From Trichoplax sp. H2 (lineage: Eukaryota), in contig NOWV01000160.1 of the NCBI GenBank assembly GCA_003344405.1, forward strand, positions 124,001 to 181,049: a stretch of DNA of 57,049 bases, written 5' to 3'. Below, in pieces: positions 55,606-57,049 of this stretch. The stretch's first letter is position 1. Each line of letters opens with the position of its first letter. Below the pieces are notes generated by a model that saw only the letters and a program-made list of their open reading frames with translations, was not told the origin of the DNA and searched no databases. The translations under genes were made by a program, and so were the position numbers.

Positions 55606-56260
55606 TACGTATCCATTTCAGTCGAGTCCACGAAGGCTACTCGCCATCAAAGTTAATTAAAATCAATCCCAACTCTTGATTCATCCATCGTCTGCTTGAT
55701 GGACTGATGATGATATTGTAGCAAGCTGATGTTGTACTTTTACCATGACATGGACAACGAATCAAGTCTATCCTAAAAATACATATCAAGCTCATCACCA
55801 ACGTTGAGTTGTCATCGTCAACTGATTGGACAGGGTACTGCATGAAATGGATCAACGGATCAACTGATTCCTACTCAGTAGAAATGATCCAATTTTAAAT
55901 TATTAGCATTACCTAGGCCTAATAAGACAGCAGTTTTAGCCTCGGCTCTTGACTTGATCAACTCGATGGCGAAAATGGCTGCCGCAAGGAAAGCTCCAAT
56001 TCAGCGCAGCCTTGTTGCAGTACTTCAACTGCTGTGCGTCTCATCCCAAGTCAATTTCGTGGCGAGTCCAGTAGACGCTTTCGACTCCAGTACTGTACAC
56101 TGTACACTACAGTACTATACACTGTAGGTGGCCATCCATGGGATCAAGGGGCACACCGTGCTTAGTACTGTAACCACAATCCTTCCTAGCTTGGAACTGT
56201 AGCTTGGGGACTGAAAGGGCAAAACTCCATTTTGGTCTACTGTATCTCTATGACTGGTGA

Positions 56261-56420
56261 TATTGACCAGGATGGTGCCCATGTCGCCTAGTGTATATAC
56301 TAGGCGACATGGTCTACATGGGTAGTTTAGAATACTTTATTGACCAGGATGGTGCCCATGTCGCCTACTGTATATACTAGGCGACATGGTCTACATGGGT
56401 AGTTTAGAATACTTTATTGA
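56261..56420. repeat. 77-bp tandem duplication containing a 14-bp-stem hairpin
   Basis: TATTGACCAGGATGGTGCC at 56261 and 56338. Hairpin CCATGTCGCCTAGT-GTATAT-ACTAGGCGACATGG at 56279-56312. Confidence 0.9.
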
Positions 56421-56444
56421 CTGTGGCATGAATGCGCTAAACCG

Positions 56445-57049
56445 GCAAAACTCCACTTTGTCTACTGTACCTCTATGACCGCTGATATTCACCAAAATGG
56501 TGCCCAATCCATTGCAATGTCAAAACTCCTTTTTGTCTACTCCATGACCTGAGATATTCACCATAATGGTGCCCAATCCATTTCAATGTCAAAACTCCTT
56601 TTTGTCTACTCTATGACCGGAGATATTCACCATAATGGTGCCCAATCCATTTCAATGTCAGAACTCCTTGTTGTCTACTCTATGACCTGAGATATTCACC
56701 ATAATGGTGCCCAATCCATTTCAATGTCAAAACTCCTTTTTGTCTACTCTATGACCGGAGATATTCACCATAATGGTGCCCAATCCATTTCAATGTCAAA
56801 ACTCCTTGTTGTCTACTCTATGACCTGAGATATTCACCATAATGGTGCCCAATCCATTTCAATGTCAAAACTCCTTGTTGTCTACTCTATGACCTGAGAT
56901 ATTCACCATAATGGTGCCCAATCCATTTCAACGTCAAAACTCCTTTTTGTCTACTCTATGACCGGAGATATTCACCATAATGGTGCCCAATCCATTTCAA
57001 TGTCAAAACTCCTTGTTGTCTACTCTATGACCTGAGATATTCACCATAA
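56445..57049. repeat. 69-bp minisatellite, at least 8 copies, running off the window end
   Basis: GAGATATTCACCATAATGGTGCCCAATCCATTTCAATGTCAAAACTCCTT(T/G)TTGTCTACTCTATGACC(T/G) starts at 56551, 56620, 56689 and so on. Internal inverted repeat CACCAT-A-ATGGTG. Confidence 0.95.

Overview
AT-rich animal genomic DNA with many short introns. The composition, compact GT-AG introns and gene content suggest a placozoan such as Trichoplax (inference). I hand-spliced eight protein-coding genes: an NCAM/Fasciclin-II-type adhesion molecule with 5 Ig, 2 FN3 and a TM helix (+); an intronless SLC13 Na+/anion cotransporter (-); intronless MAD2L2/REV7 (+); DYRK1 kinase (-); fibrillarin (-); two tandem RNF13/RNF167-type PA-TM-RING ligases (-); and GTF2F2/RAP30 (-). 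There are also several unrelated minisatellite arrays and an interstitial (TTAGGG)n tract between 17-bp direct repeats. The most striking non-coding signal is fibrillarin intron 2. It is 1.5 kb, about ten times the gene's other introns, and is packed with helices. It holds box C/D motifs placed at a junction or locked in competing stems, repeated GCUUAC(C) motifs complementary to the 5' splice site, an intronic AAUAAA and a possible stop-containing alternative acceptor. This is a candidate RNA-structure autoregulatory switch for a snoRNP protein. A second recurring pattern is housekeeping-gene 5' end, then a TACTGTA/TACAGTA cluster, then a locus-specific minisatellite. Exon boundaries and RNA folds were read by eye and are unverified.
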